Shown: positions 38,560 through 49,718 of the stretch, piece after piece | Position numbering within the stretch: the first letter of the stretch is position 1 | Layout: each line of letters starts with the position of its first letter | Translations under genes and position numbers: made by a program | Assembly: GCF_030013595.1 (NCBI RefSeq) | Contig: NZ_CP122768.1 | DNA: 64,000 nucleotides | Direction: 5' to 3' (one strand) | DNA from: Escherichia coli | Lineage (GTDB): Bacteria > Pseudomonadota > Gammaproteobacteria > Enterobacterales > Enterobacteriaceae | The notes under the pieces: generated by a model | What the model was told of the DNA's origin: nothing | Database searches by the model: none | The model's input: only the letters and a program-made list of their open reading frames with translations

Positions 38560-39903
38560 ATGTTAAACAGTATTTTAGTCATACTCTGCTTGATCGCTGT
38601 AAGTGCGTTCTTCTCGATGTCCGAGATCTCGCTTGCCGCCTCACGCAAAATCAAACTTAAACTGCTGGCTGATGAAGGCAATATAAATGCCCAACGCGTT
38701 CTGAATATGCAGGAAAATCCCGGCATGTTCTTTACCGTGGTCCAAATCGGTCTGAACGCAGTGGCGATTCTCGGCGGTATCGTCGGTGATGCGGCATTTT
38801 CTCCAGCTTTTCACAGCCTGTTCTCCCGCTATATGTCGGCAGAGCTCTCTGAGCAACTGAGCTTTATTCTCTCTTTCTCGTTAGTGACTGGCATGTTTAT
38901 CCTGTTTGCGGATTTAACCCCGAAACGCATCGGTATGATTGCGCCAGAAGCGGTGGCTTTGCGTATCATCAACCCGATGCGCTTCTGCCTGTACGTTTGC
39001 ACCCCGCTGGTGTGGTTCTTCAACGGCCTGGCGAACATGATCTTCCGTATTTTCAAACTGCCAATGGTACGTAAAGATGACATCACTTCTGATGACATCT
39101 ACGCGGTAGTGGAAGCCGGTGCGCTGGCGGGCGTGTTACGTAAACAGGAACACGAGCTGATTGAAAACGTCTTTGAGCTGGAATCCCGTACCGTTCCGTC
39201 GTCAATGACACCGCGTGAAAACGTGATTTGGTTTGATCTCCACGAAGATGAGCAAAGTCTGAAGAATAAGGTGGCGGAACATCCGCACTCTAAGTTCCTC
39301 GTCTGTAATGAAGATATTGACCACATCATCGGCTATGTCGATTCTAAAGACCTGCTGAACCGCGTGCTGGCTAACCAAAGCCTGGCACTGAACAGCGGCG
39401 TACAAATTCGCAACACGCTGATTGTGCCGGATACGTTAACCCTTTCAGAGGCGTTGGAAAGTTTTAAAACCGCAGGTGAAGACTTCGCGGTGATCATGAA
39501 CGAGTACGCACTGGTAGTGGGGATCATCACCCTCAACGACGTGATGACCACGTTGATGGGCGATCTGGTCGGTCAGGGGCTGGAAGAGCAGATTGTCGCC
39601 CGTGATGAGAACTCATGGCTGATTGACGGCGGCACCCCGATTGACGACGTCATGCGCGTGCTGGATATTGACGAGTTCCCGCAGTCGGGCAACTACGAAA
39701 CCATCGGCGGCTTTATGATGTTTATGCTGCGTAAGATCCCGAAACGCACCGATTCGGTGAAATTCGCCGGCTACAAATTTGAAGTGGTGGATATCGATAA
39801 CTACCGCATCGACCAGCTGCTGGTGACCCGAATCGACAGCAAGGCCACCGCCCTTTCGCCAAAACTGCCTGACGCTAAAGATAAAGAAGAAAGCGTCGCG
39901 TAA
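38560..39903 (+). CDS. ytfL: CNNM/HlyC-CorC family membrane protein with CBS domains (447 aa)
   Basis: ORF track; DUF21 membrane domain followed by CBS pair and CorC C-terminal domain. Confidence 0.9.
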   Translation: MLNSILVILCLIAVSAFFSMSEISLAASRKIKLKLLADEGNINAQRVLNMQENPGMFFTVVQIGLNAVAILGGIVGDAAFSPAFHSLFSRYMSAELSEQLSFILSFSLVTGMFILFADLTPKRIGMIAPEAVALRIINPMRFCLYVCTPLVWFFNGLANMIFRIFKLPMVRKDDITSDDIYAVVEAGALAGVLRKQEHELIENVFELESRTVPSSMTPRENVIWFDLHEDEQSLKNKVAEHPHSKFLVCNEDIDHIIGYVDSKDLLNRVLANQSLALNSGVQIRNTLIVPDTLTLSEALESFKTAGEDFAVIMNEYALVVGIITLNDVMTTLMGDLVGQGLEEQIVARDENSWLIDGGTPIDDVMRVLDIDEFPQSGNYETIGGFMMFMLRKIPKRTDSVKFAGYKFEVVDIDNYRIDQLLVTRIDSKATALSPKLPDAKDKEESVA

Positions 39904-39964
39904 CCCCCAGAAACATCAACGGCTCCTGAATCAGGAGCCGTCTTATTACTGCATAGCACTTTGG

Positions 39965-40171
39965 TTAAGCCATCTCTGTTTGCAGACGCATAACCTGACG
40001 GTTAACTTCGGACATCACTGACAAATGCAGCTTATCCTTCACTTTTGGGATAAGAATCTTACCCTTATCAAATTCAAAAGCGCCAACGTCCTTGATGTAT
40101 AACCGTCCACGGAACAGGATCTTTACGTACTTCGCCACCTGAAGTGGGTTGTACCGTTGGAAAATTTTCAT
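39965..40171 (-). CDS. ytfK: Small protein YtfK (68 aa)
   Basis: ORF track 39965..40237 trimmed to [30 protein letters not shown]. Confidence 0.85.
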
Positions 40172-40495
40172 TGTTATCTCCTGCTGAGTATTACGCCTGT
40201 GCGGTGCCACAATCGGCCCAACTATTATGAGGCGCAAATTTTAATGCTTAGTGACTATAGACTATCCGGGCAATGTTTCCACCGCGTATAACTTTTTTTA
40301 CCTAAAGGTTACAATTATTCAGAATTATCTTTTTACCGAAGCGCGGTCTTCAGTATAAGCATTCATTTTTCATATGATTTGTGCGCTTGACCGCAAACTG
40401 GCATCACACTTGCGGGAAATTCGATAAATAGCACATATGATTAAAACTCAGACCCAAGTGGTCGGATCACCTGCATATCATAAGAAGGAAACACC

Positions 40496-40867
40496 ATGAC
40501 CCTACGCAAGATTCTGGCACTCACCTGCCTGCTGTTGCCGATGATGGCTTCCGCACATCAGTTCGAAACCGGTCAGCGAGTGCCGCCGATTGGCATTACC
40601 GATCGGGGCGAGTTGGTGCTTGATAAAGATCAGTTTAGCTACAAAACCTGGAACAGCGCGCAGTTAGTGGGAAAAGTGCGGGTACTGCAACATATTGCTG
40701 GTCGCACCTCTGCAAAAGAGAAAAACGCGACGCTGATTGAAGCGATTAAATCAGCGAAGTTACCGCACGATCGTTACCAGACCACCACCATTGTTAACAC
40801 CGACGACGCGATTCCGGGTTCAGGGATGTTTGTGCGCAGCAGTCTGGAGAGTAATAAAAAGCGGTAA
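40496..40867 (+). pseudogene. ytfJ: ytfJ truncated by IS1 (123 codons remain; stop codon supplied by IS1 terminal repeat)
   Basis: Signal-peptide-bearing N-terminus recognised; ORF terminates at TAA inside the IS1 inverted repeat at 40865-40867. Confidence 0.75.
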
Positions 40868-40877
40868 TGACTCCAAC

Positions 40878-41381
40878 TTACTGATAGTGTTTTATGTTCA
40901 GATAATGCCCGATGACCTTGTCATGCAGCTCCACCGATTTTGAGAACGACAGTGACTTCCGTCCCAGCCTTGCCAGATGTTGTCTCAGATTCAGGTTATG
41001 CCGCTCAATGCGCTGAGTATAACGCTTGCTGATAACGTGCAGCTTTCCCTTCAGGCGTGATTCATACAGCGGCCAGCCATCCGTCATCCATACCACGACC
41101 TCAAAGGCCGACAGCAGGCTCAGAAGACGCTCCAGTGTGGCCAGAGTGCGTTCACCGAAGACGTGCGCCACAACCGTCCTCCGCATCCTGTCATACGCGT
41201 AAAACAGCCAGCGCTGACGTGATTTAGCACCGACGTAGCCCCACTGTTCGTCCATTTCAGCGCAGACAATCACATCACTGCCCGGTTGTATGCGCGAGGT
41301 TACCGACTGCGGCCTGAGTTTTTTAAGTGGCGGAAAATCGTGTTGAGGCCAACGCCAATAATGCGTGCACTGGCGCGACAT
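40878..41381 (-). CDS. insB: IS1 InsB (167 aa; normally expressed as InsAB' fusion by -1 frameshift)
   Basis: ORF track; overlaps insA in the -1 frame. Confidence 0.95.
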   Translation of the reverse strand: MSRQCTHYWRWPQHDFPPLKKLRPQSVTSRIQPGSDVIVCAEMDEQWGYVGAKSRQRWLFYAYDRMRRTVVAHVFGERTLATLERLLSLLSAFEVVVWMTDGWPLYESRLKGKLHVISKRYTQRIERHNLNLRQHLARLGRKSLSFSKSVELHDKVIGHYLNIKHYQ

Positions 41382-41575
41382 CCGACGCCATTCATGGCCA
41401 TATCAATGATTTTCTGGTGCGTACCGGGCTGAGAGGCGGCGTAAGTGAACTGTAGTTGCCATGTTTTACGGCAGTGAGAGCAGAGATAGCGCTGATGTCC
41501 GGCGGTGCTTTTGCCGTTACGCACCACCCCGTCAGTAGCTGAACAGGAGGGACAGCTGATAGAAACAGAAGCCAC
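41300..41575 (-). CDS. insA: IS1 InsA (91 aa)
   Basis: ORF track; [23 protein letters not shown]... Zn-finger/HTH protein. Confidence 0.95.
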   Translation of the reverse strand: MASVSISCPSCSATDGVVRNGKSTAGHQRYLCSHCRKTWQLQFTYAASQPGTHQKIIDMAMNGVGCRASARIIGVGLNTIFRHLKNSGRSR

Positions 41576-41789
41576 TGGAGCACCTCAAAAACACCATCAT
41601 ACACTAAATCAGTAAGTTGGCAGCATCACCATAGAAGTAAACTATCAAAAAACGCTCATTATTAAAATATAACTTATTAGCAATTGAATTTTTGCACTTT
41701 AAATACAATCTCTTTTTATTTATAACTTTTTAGGTTGGGAGAAATCAGGATGGCAGAATCAGGAAATACACTGTTTCTGCCATCTGAAT

Positions 41790-42530
41790 TTAGTAAATAG
41801 ACACTCTGAACCCCGGATTCAGGAACGACTCGCGCGGAGTGTAATCCAGCGGTTTACCCTGCCAGTCGTGAACGTGCGCTCCGGCAGCTGCGGCCACAGC
41901 ATGTCCAGCGGCGGTGTCCCAAATATTCGTTGGTCCGAAGCGCGGGTACAGCTGCGCCTGTCCTTCCGCCACCAGGCAGAATTTCAGCGAAGAGCCGATG
42001 GACGTGGTCTGATGTTCGCCAAGCTGTTGCAGATACTCTTTCAGCTCCGCATCTGCATGGGAACGGCTGATAACCACCAGCGGCGGGCGCGCATCACGGA
42101 CCTGAATCTGCTTGCGCACGCCGCACTCTTCTTTCCACGCTTTGCCTTCTGCCGCGCTGTACATTACGTTCATTACCGGCGCATACACCACACCTAAAAT
42201 CGGTTTGCCGTGGTCGATGAGCGCAATGTTAACGGTAAATTCGCCATTACGTTTAATAAACTCTTTAGTACCATCCAGCGGATCTACCAGCCAGTAACGC
42301 TGCCAGTGCTGACGGACTTCCCAACCGGGAGGATCTTCTTCAGAAAGGACCGGAATATCCGGTGTCAGCGTACGTAAACCGTCCATGATAACGGTGTGTG
42401 CGGCAATATCCGCTGCCGTTACCGGAGAATTGTCCGCTTTGCTGACGACGTCCATCGGTTTCGTCCCGTCGTAGACCTGCATAATGGCATCGCCTGCATT
42501 CCGTGCAAGCTGGCATACTTGATCTAACAT
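41790..42530 (-). CDS. cysQ: 3'(2'),5'-bisphosphate nucleotidase (246 aa)
   Basis: ORF track; inositol monophosphatase family motifs. Confidence 0.95.
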   Translation of the reverse strand: MLDQVCQLARNAGDAIMQVYDGTKPMDVVSKADNSPVTAADIAAHTVIMDGLRTLTPDIPVLSEEDPPGWEVRQHWQRYWLVDPLDGTKEFIKRNGEFTVNIALIDHGKPILGVVYAPVMNVMYSAAEGKAWKEECGVRKQIQVRDARPPLVVISRSHADAELKEYLQQLGEHQTTSIGSSLKFCLVAEGQAQLYPRFGPTNIWDTAAGHAVAAAAGAHVHDWQGKPLDYTPRESFLNPGFRVSIY

Positions 42531-42719
42531 TTCTCCACCTCGTCTCTGTGAGCGGTGTTAACTTATTGTTTTACTTATACCCTATCGTTAATGAATGCGC
42601 CAACTGTGATAGTGTCATCATTTTCAAAGCGTAAAATTGTGGCATTCTTCACTGTTCTATAAGTAAGACGTTTATTCTCCCTTTTCTTTCGTATTCCCGA
42701 TGATAAAAGGATGTCCCTG

Positions 42720-44663
42720 ATGATTAAGTTTAGCGCAACGCTCCTGGCCACGCTGATTGCCGCCAGTGTGAATGCAGCGACGGTCGATCTGCGTATCATG
42801 GAAACCACTGATCTGCATAGCAACATGATGGATTTCGATTATTACAAAGACACCGCCACGGAAAAATTCGGACTGGTACGTACCGCAAGCCTGATTAACG
42901 ATGCCCGCAATGAAGTGAAAAACAGCGTACTGGTGGATAACGGCGATTTGATTCAGGGGAGTCCGCTTGCAGATTACATGTCGGCGAAAGGTTTAAAAGC
43001 AGGTGATATTCACCCGGTCTATAAGGCATTAAATACGCTGGACTATACCGTCGGCACGCTTGGCAACCACGAGTTTAACTACGGTCTGGATTACCTGAAA
43101 AATGCGCTGGCGGGAGCGAAATTCCCTTATGTAAATGCCAACGTCATTGACGCCAGAACCAAACAGCCAATGTTTACACCGTATTTAATTAAAAACACCG
43201 AAGTGGTCGATAAAGACGGAAAAAAACAGACGCTGAAGATTGGCTATATTGGCGTCGTGCCGCCGCAAATCATGGGCTGGGATAAAGCTAATTTATCCGG
43301 GAAAGTGACGGTGAATGATATTACCGAAACCGTGCGCAAATACGTGCCTGAAATGCGCGAGAAAGGTGCCGATGTCGTTGTCGTTCTGGCGCATTCCGGG
43401 CTGTCTGCCGATCCGTATAAAGTGATGGCGGAAAACTCAGTTTATTACCTCAGTGAAATTCCGGGCGTTAACGCCATTATGTTTGGCCATGCTCACGCCG
43501 TTTTCCCAGGTAAAGATTTTGCTGATATCGAAGGGGCTGATATCGCGAAAGGCACGCTGAATGGTGTTCCGGCGGTAATGCCAGGCATGTGGGGCGATCA
43601 TCTTGGTGTGGTCGACTTACAACTCAGTAATGACAGCGGTAAATGGCAGGTGACGCAGGCGAAAGCGGAAGCACGGCCGATTTACGACATCGCGAATAAA
43701 AAATCCCTCGCGGCGGAAGACAGCAAGCTGGTAGAAACACTCAAAGCCGATCACGATGCCACACGCCAGTTCGTCAGCAAGCCAATCGGTAAATCCGCCG
43801 ACAATATGTATAGCTATCTGGCGCTAGTGCAAGACGATCCGACCGTGCAGGTGGTGAACAACGCGCAAAAAGCGTATGTCGAGCATTACATTCAGGGCGA
43901 TCCGGATCTGGCAAAACTGCCGGTGCTTTCAGCTGCCGCACCGTTTAAAGTTGGTGGTCGCAAAAATGACCCGGCAAGCTATGTGGAGGTGGAAAAAGGC
44001 CAGTTGACCTTCCGTAATGCCGCCGATCTTTATCTCTATCCCAATACGCTGATTGTGGTGAAAGCCAGCGGTAAAGAGGTGAAAGAGTGGCTGGAGTGCT
44101 CCGCCGGACAGTTTAACCAGATTGATCCTAACAGCACGAAACCACAGTCACTCATCAACTGGGATGGTTTCCGCACCTATAACTTTGATGTGATTGATGG
44201 TGTGAATTATCAGATTGATGTTACCCAGCCTGCCCGTTATGACGGCGAGTGCCAGATGGTTAATGCCAATGCGGAAAGGATTAAGAACCTGACCTTTAAT
44301 GGCAAGCCGATTGATCCGAACGCCATGTTCCTCGTTGCCACCAATAACTATCGCGCTTACGGCGGCAAATTTGCCGGTACGGGCGACAGCCATATCGCTT
44401 TTGCTTCACCGGATGAGAACCGCTCGGTGCTGGCAGCGTGGATTGCTGATGAGTCGAAACGTGCGGGGGAAATTCACCCGGCGGCAGATAACAACTGGCG
44501 TTTAGCACCAATAGCTGGCGATAAGAAACTGGATATCCGTTTCGAAACCTCTCCATCAGATAAAGCCGCGGCGTTTATTAAAGAGAAAGGGCAATATCCG
44601 ATGAATAAAGTCGCGACCGATGATATCGGGTTTGCGATTTATCAGGTGGATTTGAGTAAGTAA
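42720..44663 (+). CDS. cpdB: Periplasmic 2',3'-cyclic-nucleotide 2'-phosphodiesterase / 3'-nucleotidase (647 aa)
   Basis: ORF track 42711..44663 trimmed to [20 protein letters not shown]. Confidence 0.95.
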   Translation: MIKFSATLLATLIAASVNAATVDLRIMETTDLHSNMMDFDYYKDTATEKFGLVRTASLINDARNEVKNSVLVDNGDLIQGSPLADYMSAKGLKAGDIHPVYKALNTLDYTVGTLGNHEFNYGLDYLKNALAGAKFPYVNANVIDARTKQPMFTPYLIKNTEVVDKDGKKQTLKIGYIGVVPPQIMGWDKANLSGKVTVNDITETVRKYVPEMREKGADVVVVLAHSGLSADPYKVMAENSVYYLSEIPGVNAIMFGHAHAVFPGKDFADIEGADIAKGTLNGVPAVMPGMWGDHLGVVDLQLSNDSGKWQVTQAKAEARPIYDIANKKSLAAEDSKLVETLKADHDATRQFVSKPIGKSADNMYSYLALVQDDPTVQVVNNAQKAYVEHYIQGDPDLAKLPVLSAAAPFKVGGRKNDPASYVEVEKGQLTFRNAADLYLYPNTLIVVKASGKEVKEWLECSAGQFNQIDPNSTKPQSLINWDGFRTYNFDVIDGVNYQIDVTQPARYDGECQMVNANAERIKNLTFNGKPIDPNAMFLVATNNYRAYGGKFAGTGDSHIAFASPDENRSVLAAWIADESKRAGEIHPAADNNWRLAPIAGDKKLDIRFETSPSDKAAAFIKEKGQYPMNKVATDDIGFAIYQVDLSK

Positions 44664-44696
44664 TACACTTCTTTTTCGGCCTGCAAATCATCAACC

Positions 44697-44720
44697 GCAT
44701 CCGACACTTTTGTCGGATGC
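44697..44720 (+). terminator. Hairpin after cpdB (possible terminator, no strong T-run)
   Basis: gcatccgaca-cttt-tgtcggatgc 10-bp stem. Confidence 0.45.
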
Positions 44721-44779
44721 GATGCTGGCGCATCTTATCCGTCCTACAAGTCATACACCGTAGGCCGCGCATCCTGCAG

Positions 44780-45160
44780 TTACGCCGCACGTTCATCCCG
44801 CACCGCCAACACCTCGGGCAAATTCAACTCAATCCAGTCCGCCAGTGCAGCAACCTTTTCGCTCACCTGCTCGCCCAGCGGCGTGAGGCTATATTCCACA
44901 TGCGGCGGCACCACCGGATACGCGATACGGTTAAGAAAACCATCCTGCTCTAGCGCCTGTAACGACTGCGCAAGCATCTTTTCACTCACCCCGCCGATTT
45001 TGCGCCGCAGGTCGCTAAAGCGATGAGTACCTTCGCGTAGCGCCACCAGAATCAACACCCCCCAACGGCTGGTGACGTGTTTCAAAACCTCGCGCGACGG
45101 ACACTGTTCAGCGAAGAGATTTCCCTCTTTCAGTTGTTGCGACAGGCTAACCTGACTCAT
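44780..45160 (-). CDS. ytfH: HxlR-family transcriptional regulator (126 aa)
   Basis: ORF track 44780..45226 trimmed to MSQVSLSQQLKEG; divergent from qorB. Confidence 0.85.
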   Translation of the reverse strand: MSQVSLSQQLKEGNLFAEQCPSREVLKHVTSRWGVLILVALREGTHRFSDLRRKIGGVSEKMLAQSLQALEQDGFLNRIAYPVVPPHVEYSLTPLGEQVSEKVAALADWIELNLPEVLAVRDERAA

Positions 45161-45248
45161 CTCATACTTACCTTTTTGTACGTACTTACTAAAAGTAAGT
45201 TTGGGTGTTAGCGTATTTAAACACAAGACAAAACGATGGAGACTTCCT

Positions 45249-46109
45249 ATGATCGCAATTACTGGTGCCTCTGGCCAACTTGGTCACTATGTTATTGAAT
45301 CCTTGATGAAAACGGTTCCTGCCAGCCAAATAGTGGCTATCGTTCGTAATCCGGCAAAAGCCCAGGCACTGACAGCACAATGCATTACCGTGCGTCAGGC
45401 TGACTACGGCGATGAAGCCGCACTGACATCTGCACTTCAGGGAGTGGAAAAACTACTGCTGATCTCTTCCAGCGAAGTGGGTCAACGTGCCCCGCAGCAT
45501 CGTAATGTTATTAATGCCGCAAAGGCGGCTGGCGTGAAATTTATCGCTTATACCAGCCTGCTACATGCAGATACCTCCCCGCTCGGCCTCGCCGATGAGC
45601 ACATCGAGACGGAGAAAATGCTGGCTGATTCTGGCATCGTTTACACCCTGCTGCGCAACGGCTGGTACACCGAAAACTACCTCGCCAGCGCCCCGGAAGC
45701 ACTGGAACACGGCGTATTTATCGGTGCGGCGGGCGATGGCAAAATCGCCTCAGCAACGCGGGCAGATTATGCGGCAGCTGCGGCACGCGTGATTAGCGAA
45801 GCCGGTCACGAAGGCAAGGTTTACGAACTGGCGGGCGATAGTGCCTGGACGTTGACACAGTTAGCGGCAGAGCTGACCAAACAGAGCGGAAAATCCGTTA
45901 CCTATCAAAATCTGAGCGAAGCCGATTTCGCCGCGGCACTGAAAAGCGTCGGACTGCCCGACGGACTGGCGGATATGCTGGCGGATTCTGACGTTGGCGC
46001 ATCGAAAGGTGGTCTGTTTGATAACAGCAAAACGCTTAGCAAATTGATTGGCCGCCCAACGACAACGTTAGCCGAAAGCGTAAGCCATCTTTTTAATGTT
46101 AATAACTAG
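45249..46109 (+). CDS. qorB: NAD(P)H:quinone oxidoreductase, NmrA-like (286 aa)
   Basis: ORF track 45201..46109 trimmed to MIAITGASGQLG. Confidence 0.9.
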   Translation: MIAITGASGQLGHYVIESLMKTVPASQIVAIVRNPAKAQALTAQCITVRQADYGDEAALTSALQGVEKLLLISSSEVGQRAPQHRNVINAAKAAGVKFIAYTSLLHADTSPLGLADEHIETEKMLADSGIVYTLLRNGWYTENYLASAPEALEHGVFIGAAGDGKIASATRADYAAAAARVISEAGHEGKVYELAGDSAWTLTQLAAELTKQSGKSVTYQNLSEADFAAALKSVGLPDGLADMLADSDVGASKGGLFDNSKTLSKLIGRPTTTLAESVSHLFNVNN

Positions 46110-46208
46110 TTAATTAAAGTGGCATCCTCCCGCATCCTCTCTGATAATGACGGGATGCCGGGAGCAATCATATCTGCTTCCTGAACGTTTCTTCTGACAG
46201 ACCAATGG

Positions 46209-47183
46209 ATGCCAGTAATGATTAGCGGCGTGCTGTACGCCCTGTTAGCAGGGTTGATGTGGGGGCTTATTTTTGTCGGGCCGTTGATCGTGCCGGAATA
46301 CCCGGCGATGTTGCAGTCTATGGGGCGTTATCTGGCGTTAGGGTTAATTGCGCTGCCCATTGCCTGGCTGGGGCGCGTGCGTCTGCGTCAGTTGGCGCGT
46401 CGCGACTGGCTTACCGCCTTGATGCTCACTATGATGGGCAACCTCATTTATTACTTCTGCCTTGCCAGTGCCATTCAACGTACTGGCGCGCCTGTTTCCA
46501 CGATGATTATTGGCACCCTGCCGGTGGTGATTCCCGTTTTTGCCAATCTGCTTTATAGCCAGCGCGACGGCAAACTCGCGTGGGGAAAACTCGCCCCGGC
46601 ACTGATTTGTATTGGCATCGGCCTGGCGAGTGTGAATATTGCTGAGTTAAACCACGGACTCCCCGATTTTGACTGGGCACGTTATACCTCTGGCATCGTG
46701 CTGGCGTTAGTTTCCGTGGTCTGCTGGGCGTGGTATGCCCTGCGCAACGCCCGCTGGCTGCGGGAAAATCCCGACAAACATCCGATGATGTGGGCGACGG
46801 CGCAGGCGCTGGTCACGCTGCCGGTTTCGCTTATCGGCTATCTCGTCGCTTGTTACTGGCTGAATACGCAAACGCCGGACTTCTCCCTACCTTTTGGCCC
46901 CCGTCCGCTTGTATTTGTTAGCCTGATGATTGCGATAGCTGTGCTTTGCTCATGGGTCGGCGCACTTTGCTGGAACGTCGCCAGCCAGCGATTACCAACG
47001 GTGATTCTCGGGCCACTGATTGTCTTCGAAACGCTGGCAGGTTTGCTGTACACCTTTTTGTTACGCCAGCAAATGCCGCCACTAATGACGCTGAGCGGTA
47101 TCGCGCTGTTAGTGGTTGGCGTGGTCATTGCGGTCAGAGCAAAACCGGAAAAACCCTTAATTGAACCTGTCTCTGAAAGTTGA
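46209..47183 (+). CDS. ytfF: EamA/DMT-family inner membrane transporter (about 321-324 aa)
   Basis: ORF track; ten predicted TM helices; exact start among neighbouring Met codons uncertain. Confidence 0.85.
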   Translation: MPVMISGVLYALLAGLMWGLIFVGPLIVPEYPAMLQSMGRYLALGLIALPIAWLGRVRLRQLARRDWLTALMLTMMGNLIYYFCLASAIQRTGAPVSTMIIGTLPVVIPVFANLLYSQRDGKLAWGKLAPALICIGIGLASVNIAELNHGLPDFDWARYTSGIVLALVSVVCWAWYALRNARWLRENPDKHPMMWATAQALVTLPVSLIGYLVACYWLNTQTPDFSLPFGPRPLVFVSLMIAIAVLCSWVGALCWNVASQRLPTVILGPLIVFETLAGLLYTFLLRQQMPPLMTLSGIALLVVGVVIAVRAKPEKPLIEPVSES

Positions 47184-47242
47184 CACGCTGGCAGTGAGTT
47201 AAATAAGCCTCTGCTACGTAAGGGTTATAGCTTTTGCCTTAA

Positions 47243-47264
47243 AGGTGCATTTAAAATGCATCTT
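47243..47264 (+). promoter_or_regulatory. NsrR operator in the ytfE promoter
   Basis: Palindrome ggTGCATTT-a-AAATGCAtc about 30 bp upstream of ytfE. Confidence 0.7.
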
Positions 47265-47290
47265 ATCTTATTAAGAATGAGGTATCAGCT

Positions 47291-47953
47291 ATGGCTTATC
47301 GCGACCAACCTTTAGGTGAACTGGCGCTCTCTATTCCTCGCGCTTCGGCTCTGTTTCGTAAATATGATATGGATTACTGCTGCGGCGGTAAGCAAACGCT
47401 GGCGCGTGCGGCGGCACGTAAAGAACTGGATGTTGAGGTCATTGAAGCTGAGCTGGCAAAGCTTGCTGAACAACCGATTGAGAAAGACTGGCGTAGCGCC
47501 CCGCTGGCAGAAATCATCGACCATATCATCGTGCGCTACCACGATCGTCACCGCGAGCAACTGCCGGAGCTGATCCTGCAAGCGACTAAAGTCGAACGCG
47601 TTCACGCCGACAAACCGAGCGTTCCAAAAGGGCTGACAAAATACCTGACTATGCTGCATGAAGAGCTTTCCAGCCACATGATGAAAGAAGAGCAGATCCT
47701 CTTCCCGATGATCAAACAAGGCATGGGCAGCCAGGCAATGGGGCCAATCAGCGTAATGGAAAGCGAGCACGATGAAGCGGGTGAACTGCTGGAAGTAATC
47801 AAACACACTACCAATAACGTCACACCGCCGCCGGAAGCCTGCACCACCTGGAAAGCGATGTATAACGGCATTAATGAACTGATTGATGACCTGATGGAGC
47901 ACATCAGCCTAGAAAATAATGTGCTGTTCCCGCGCGCACTGGCGGGTGAGTGA
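47291..47953 (+). CDS. ytfE: Iron-sulfur cluster repair di-iron protein RIC (220 aa)
   Basis: ORF track; hemerythrin-like His/Glu motifs. Confidence 0.95.
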   Translation: MAYRDQPLGELALSIPRASALFRKYDMDYCCGGKQTLARAAARKELDVEVIEAELAKLAEQPIEKDWRSAPLAEIIDHIIVRYHDRHREQLPELILQATKVERVHADKPSVPKGLTKYLTMLHEELSSHMMKEEQILFPMIKQGMGSQAMGPISVMESEHDEAGELLEVIKHTTNNVTPPPEACTTWKAMYNGINELIDDLMEHISLENNVLFPRALAGE

Positions 47954-47960
47954 TCTAAAA

Positions 47961-47985
47961 GCTGGATGGCATTGCGCCATCCAGC
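47961..47985. terminator. Hairpin between convergent ytfE and cycA
   Basis: gctggatggc-attgc-gccatccagc. Confidence 0.5.
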
Positions 47986-47997
47986 ATGATAATGCGG

Positions 47998-49410
47998 TTA
48001 TTTCCGCAGTTCAGCAGCCCGCTTCTTACCAATAAACAACCAGCCCAGCCCCAGAGCGATAAACCACAGCGGGGTAACCAGCAGCGCCTGGCGGGTATCA
48101 TCTTCCAGTGTCAGCAGCACGACCACGAACACAAAGAATGCCATACATACCCAGCACATCAGCTTGCCGAGCGGCATCTTGTAGATTGATTTCTCATGCA
48201 AGTGCGGACGCTGTTTGCGATACACCAGGTACGAGCAAAGGATAATCGTCCAGACGAACATAAACAGAATCGCGGAAACGGTCGTGATCATCGTGAACGC
48301 ACCAATCACGCTGGGATTCACATACAGCATCACCACGCCGCCGAGCAGGCAGATGCAGGAGAAGGTCAGCCCTTTCGCGGGTACGGCGCGCTTAGAGAGT
48401 TTAGCGAACGCTTTCGGTGCCACACCTTCCTGCGCCAGACCAAACAGCATACGACTGGTAGAGAAGACGCCGCTGTTAGCGGAAGAAGCGGCAGAGGTCA
48501 GCACCACAAAGTTAATCACGCTGGCGGCAGCAGGCAGACCCACCAACACGAACAGTTCAACAAACGGGCTTTTCTCCGGGACTACCGAACTCCACGGCGT
48601 CACGGACATAATCACAATCAGCGCGAAGACGTAGAACATAATGATACGGATCGGAATGGAGTTAATCGCGCGCGGCAGTGATTTCTCAGGGTCTTTGGTT
48701 TCCGCAGCTGTTGTACCTACCAGCTCAATCCCTACGAAAGCGAAAACCGCTATCTGGAATCCGGCAAAGAAGCCACTTAAACCTTTCGGGAACCAGCCGC
48801 CATCATTCCACAAATGCGCGAATGACGCTTCCACACCGGTCGGTGACTGAAAGTGCATCGCCACCATGACCAGGCCGACGACAATCAGCGACACAATGGC
48901 GACGATTTTGATCATCGCAAACCAAAACTCCATCTCACCGAACATTTTCACGGTGGCGAGGTTGAGCGTCAGCAGCAGCACTATCACCGCCAGCGAGGCG
49001 ACCCAGTCGGAGAGATCGGGGAACCAGAACTGAGCATAAGCCGTGATCGCCACCACGTCTGCCATACCGGTTACAACCCAGCAGAACCAGTAAGTCCAGC
49101 CAGTGAAATATCCTGCCCACGGCCCGAGTAAATCGGAAGCGAAGTCACTAAAAGATTTGTATTCCAGATTCGAAAGCAGCAATTCCCCCATTGCCCGCAT
49201 CACGAAAAAGAGCATAAAACCAATGATCATATAAACGAAAATGATCGACGGCCCGGCAAGGCTAATCGTTTTGCCGGACCCCATAAACAACCCTGTACCA
49301 ATGGCACCGCCAATGGCAATAAGCTGAATATGTCGGTTTGTGAGATTGCGCCGTAGCGACTGTTCAGCCGGAGCCTGATCATCGGCAACGACTTTTACCT
49401 GATCTACCAT
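47998..49410 (-). CDS. cycA: D-serine/D-alanine/glycine:H+ symporter, APC family (470 aa)
   Basis: ORF track; amino-acid permease signature. Confidence 0.95.
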   Translation of the reverse strand: MVDQVKVVADDQAPAEQSLRRNLTNRHIQLIAIGGAIGTGLFMGSGKTISLAGPSIIFVYMIIGFMLFFVMRAMGELLLSNLEYKSFSDFASDLLGPWAGYFTGWTYWFCWVVTGMADVVAITAYAQFWFPDLSDWVASLAVIVLLLTLNLATVKMFGEMEFWFAMIKIVAIVSLIVVGLVMVAMHFQSPTGVEASFAHLWNDGGWFPKGLSGFFAGFQIAVFAFVGIELVGTTAAETKDPEKSLPRAINSIPIRIIMFYVFALIVIMSVTPWSSVVPEKSPFVELFVLVGLPAAASVINFVVLTSAASSANSGVFSTSRMLFGLAQEGVAPKAFAKLSKRAVPAKGLTFSCICLLGGVVMLYVNPSVIGAFTMITTVSAILFMFVWTIILCSYLVYRKQRPHLHEKSIYKMPLGKLMCWVCMAFFVFVVVLLTLEDDTRQALLVTPLWFIALGLGWLFIGKKRAAELRK

Positions 49411-49718
49411 GTTTTTTTCTTCCTGTACCTGTCTGTGTTGTTCAGGCTCTACGGCCTTTAGTCAGTCTATGATACGACGAATCTGTATCGGGACTCATCG
49501 ATATTAGGTAACAATACGCGGGATGAATACTAAGATTTAGATCTAATGTTAATTTTATGTTTAAAGTGAGTGTCATATCACGGTGATAACGCGAAACAGC
49601 TCACAAAAATACACGCTTACGGGGTCTTTGCAACACAAAATAGCGCCGTTTGGCAAACTGAAGGGTTTATTGCTGAATGTCTGCTCCCCTCTGGTTCGAG
49701 GGGAACAGAATGCGCTGC

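Larger units (their letters stand above)
40863..41630 (-). mobile_element. IS1 insertion sequence (768 bp)
   Basis: Terminal inverted repeats ggtaatgactccaacttactgat (40863) and atcagtaagttggcagcatcacc (ending 41630); insA and insB inside. Confidence 0.95.
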
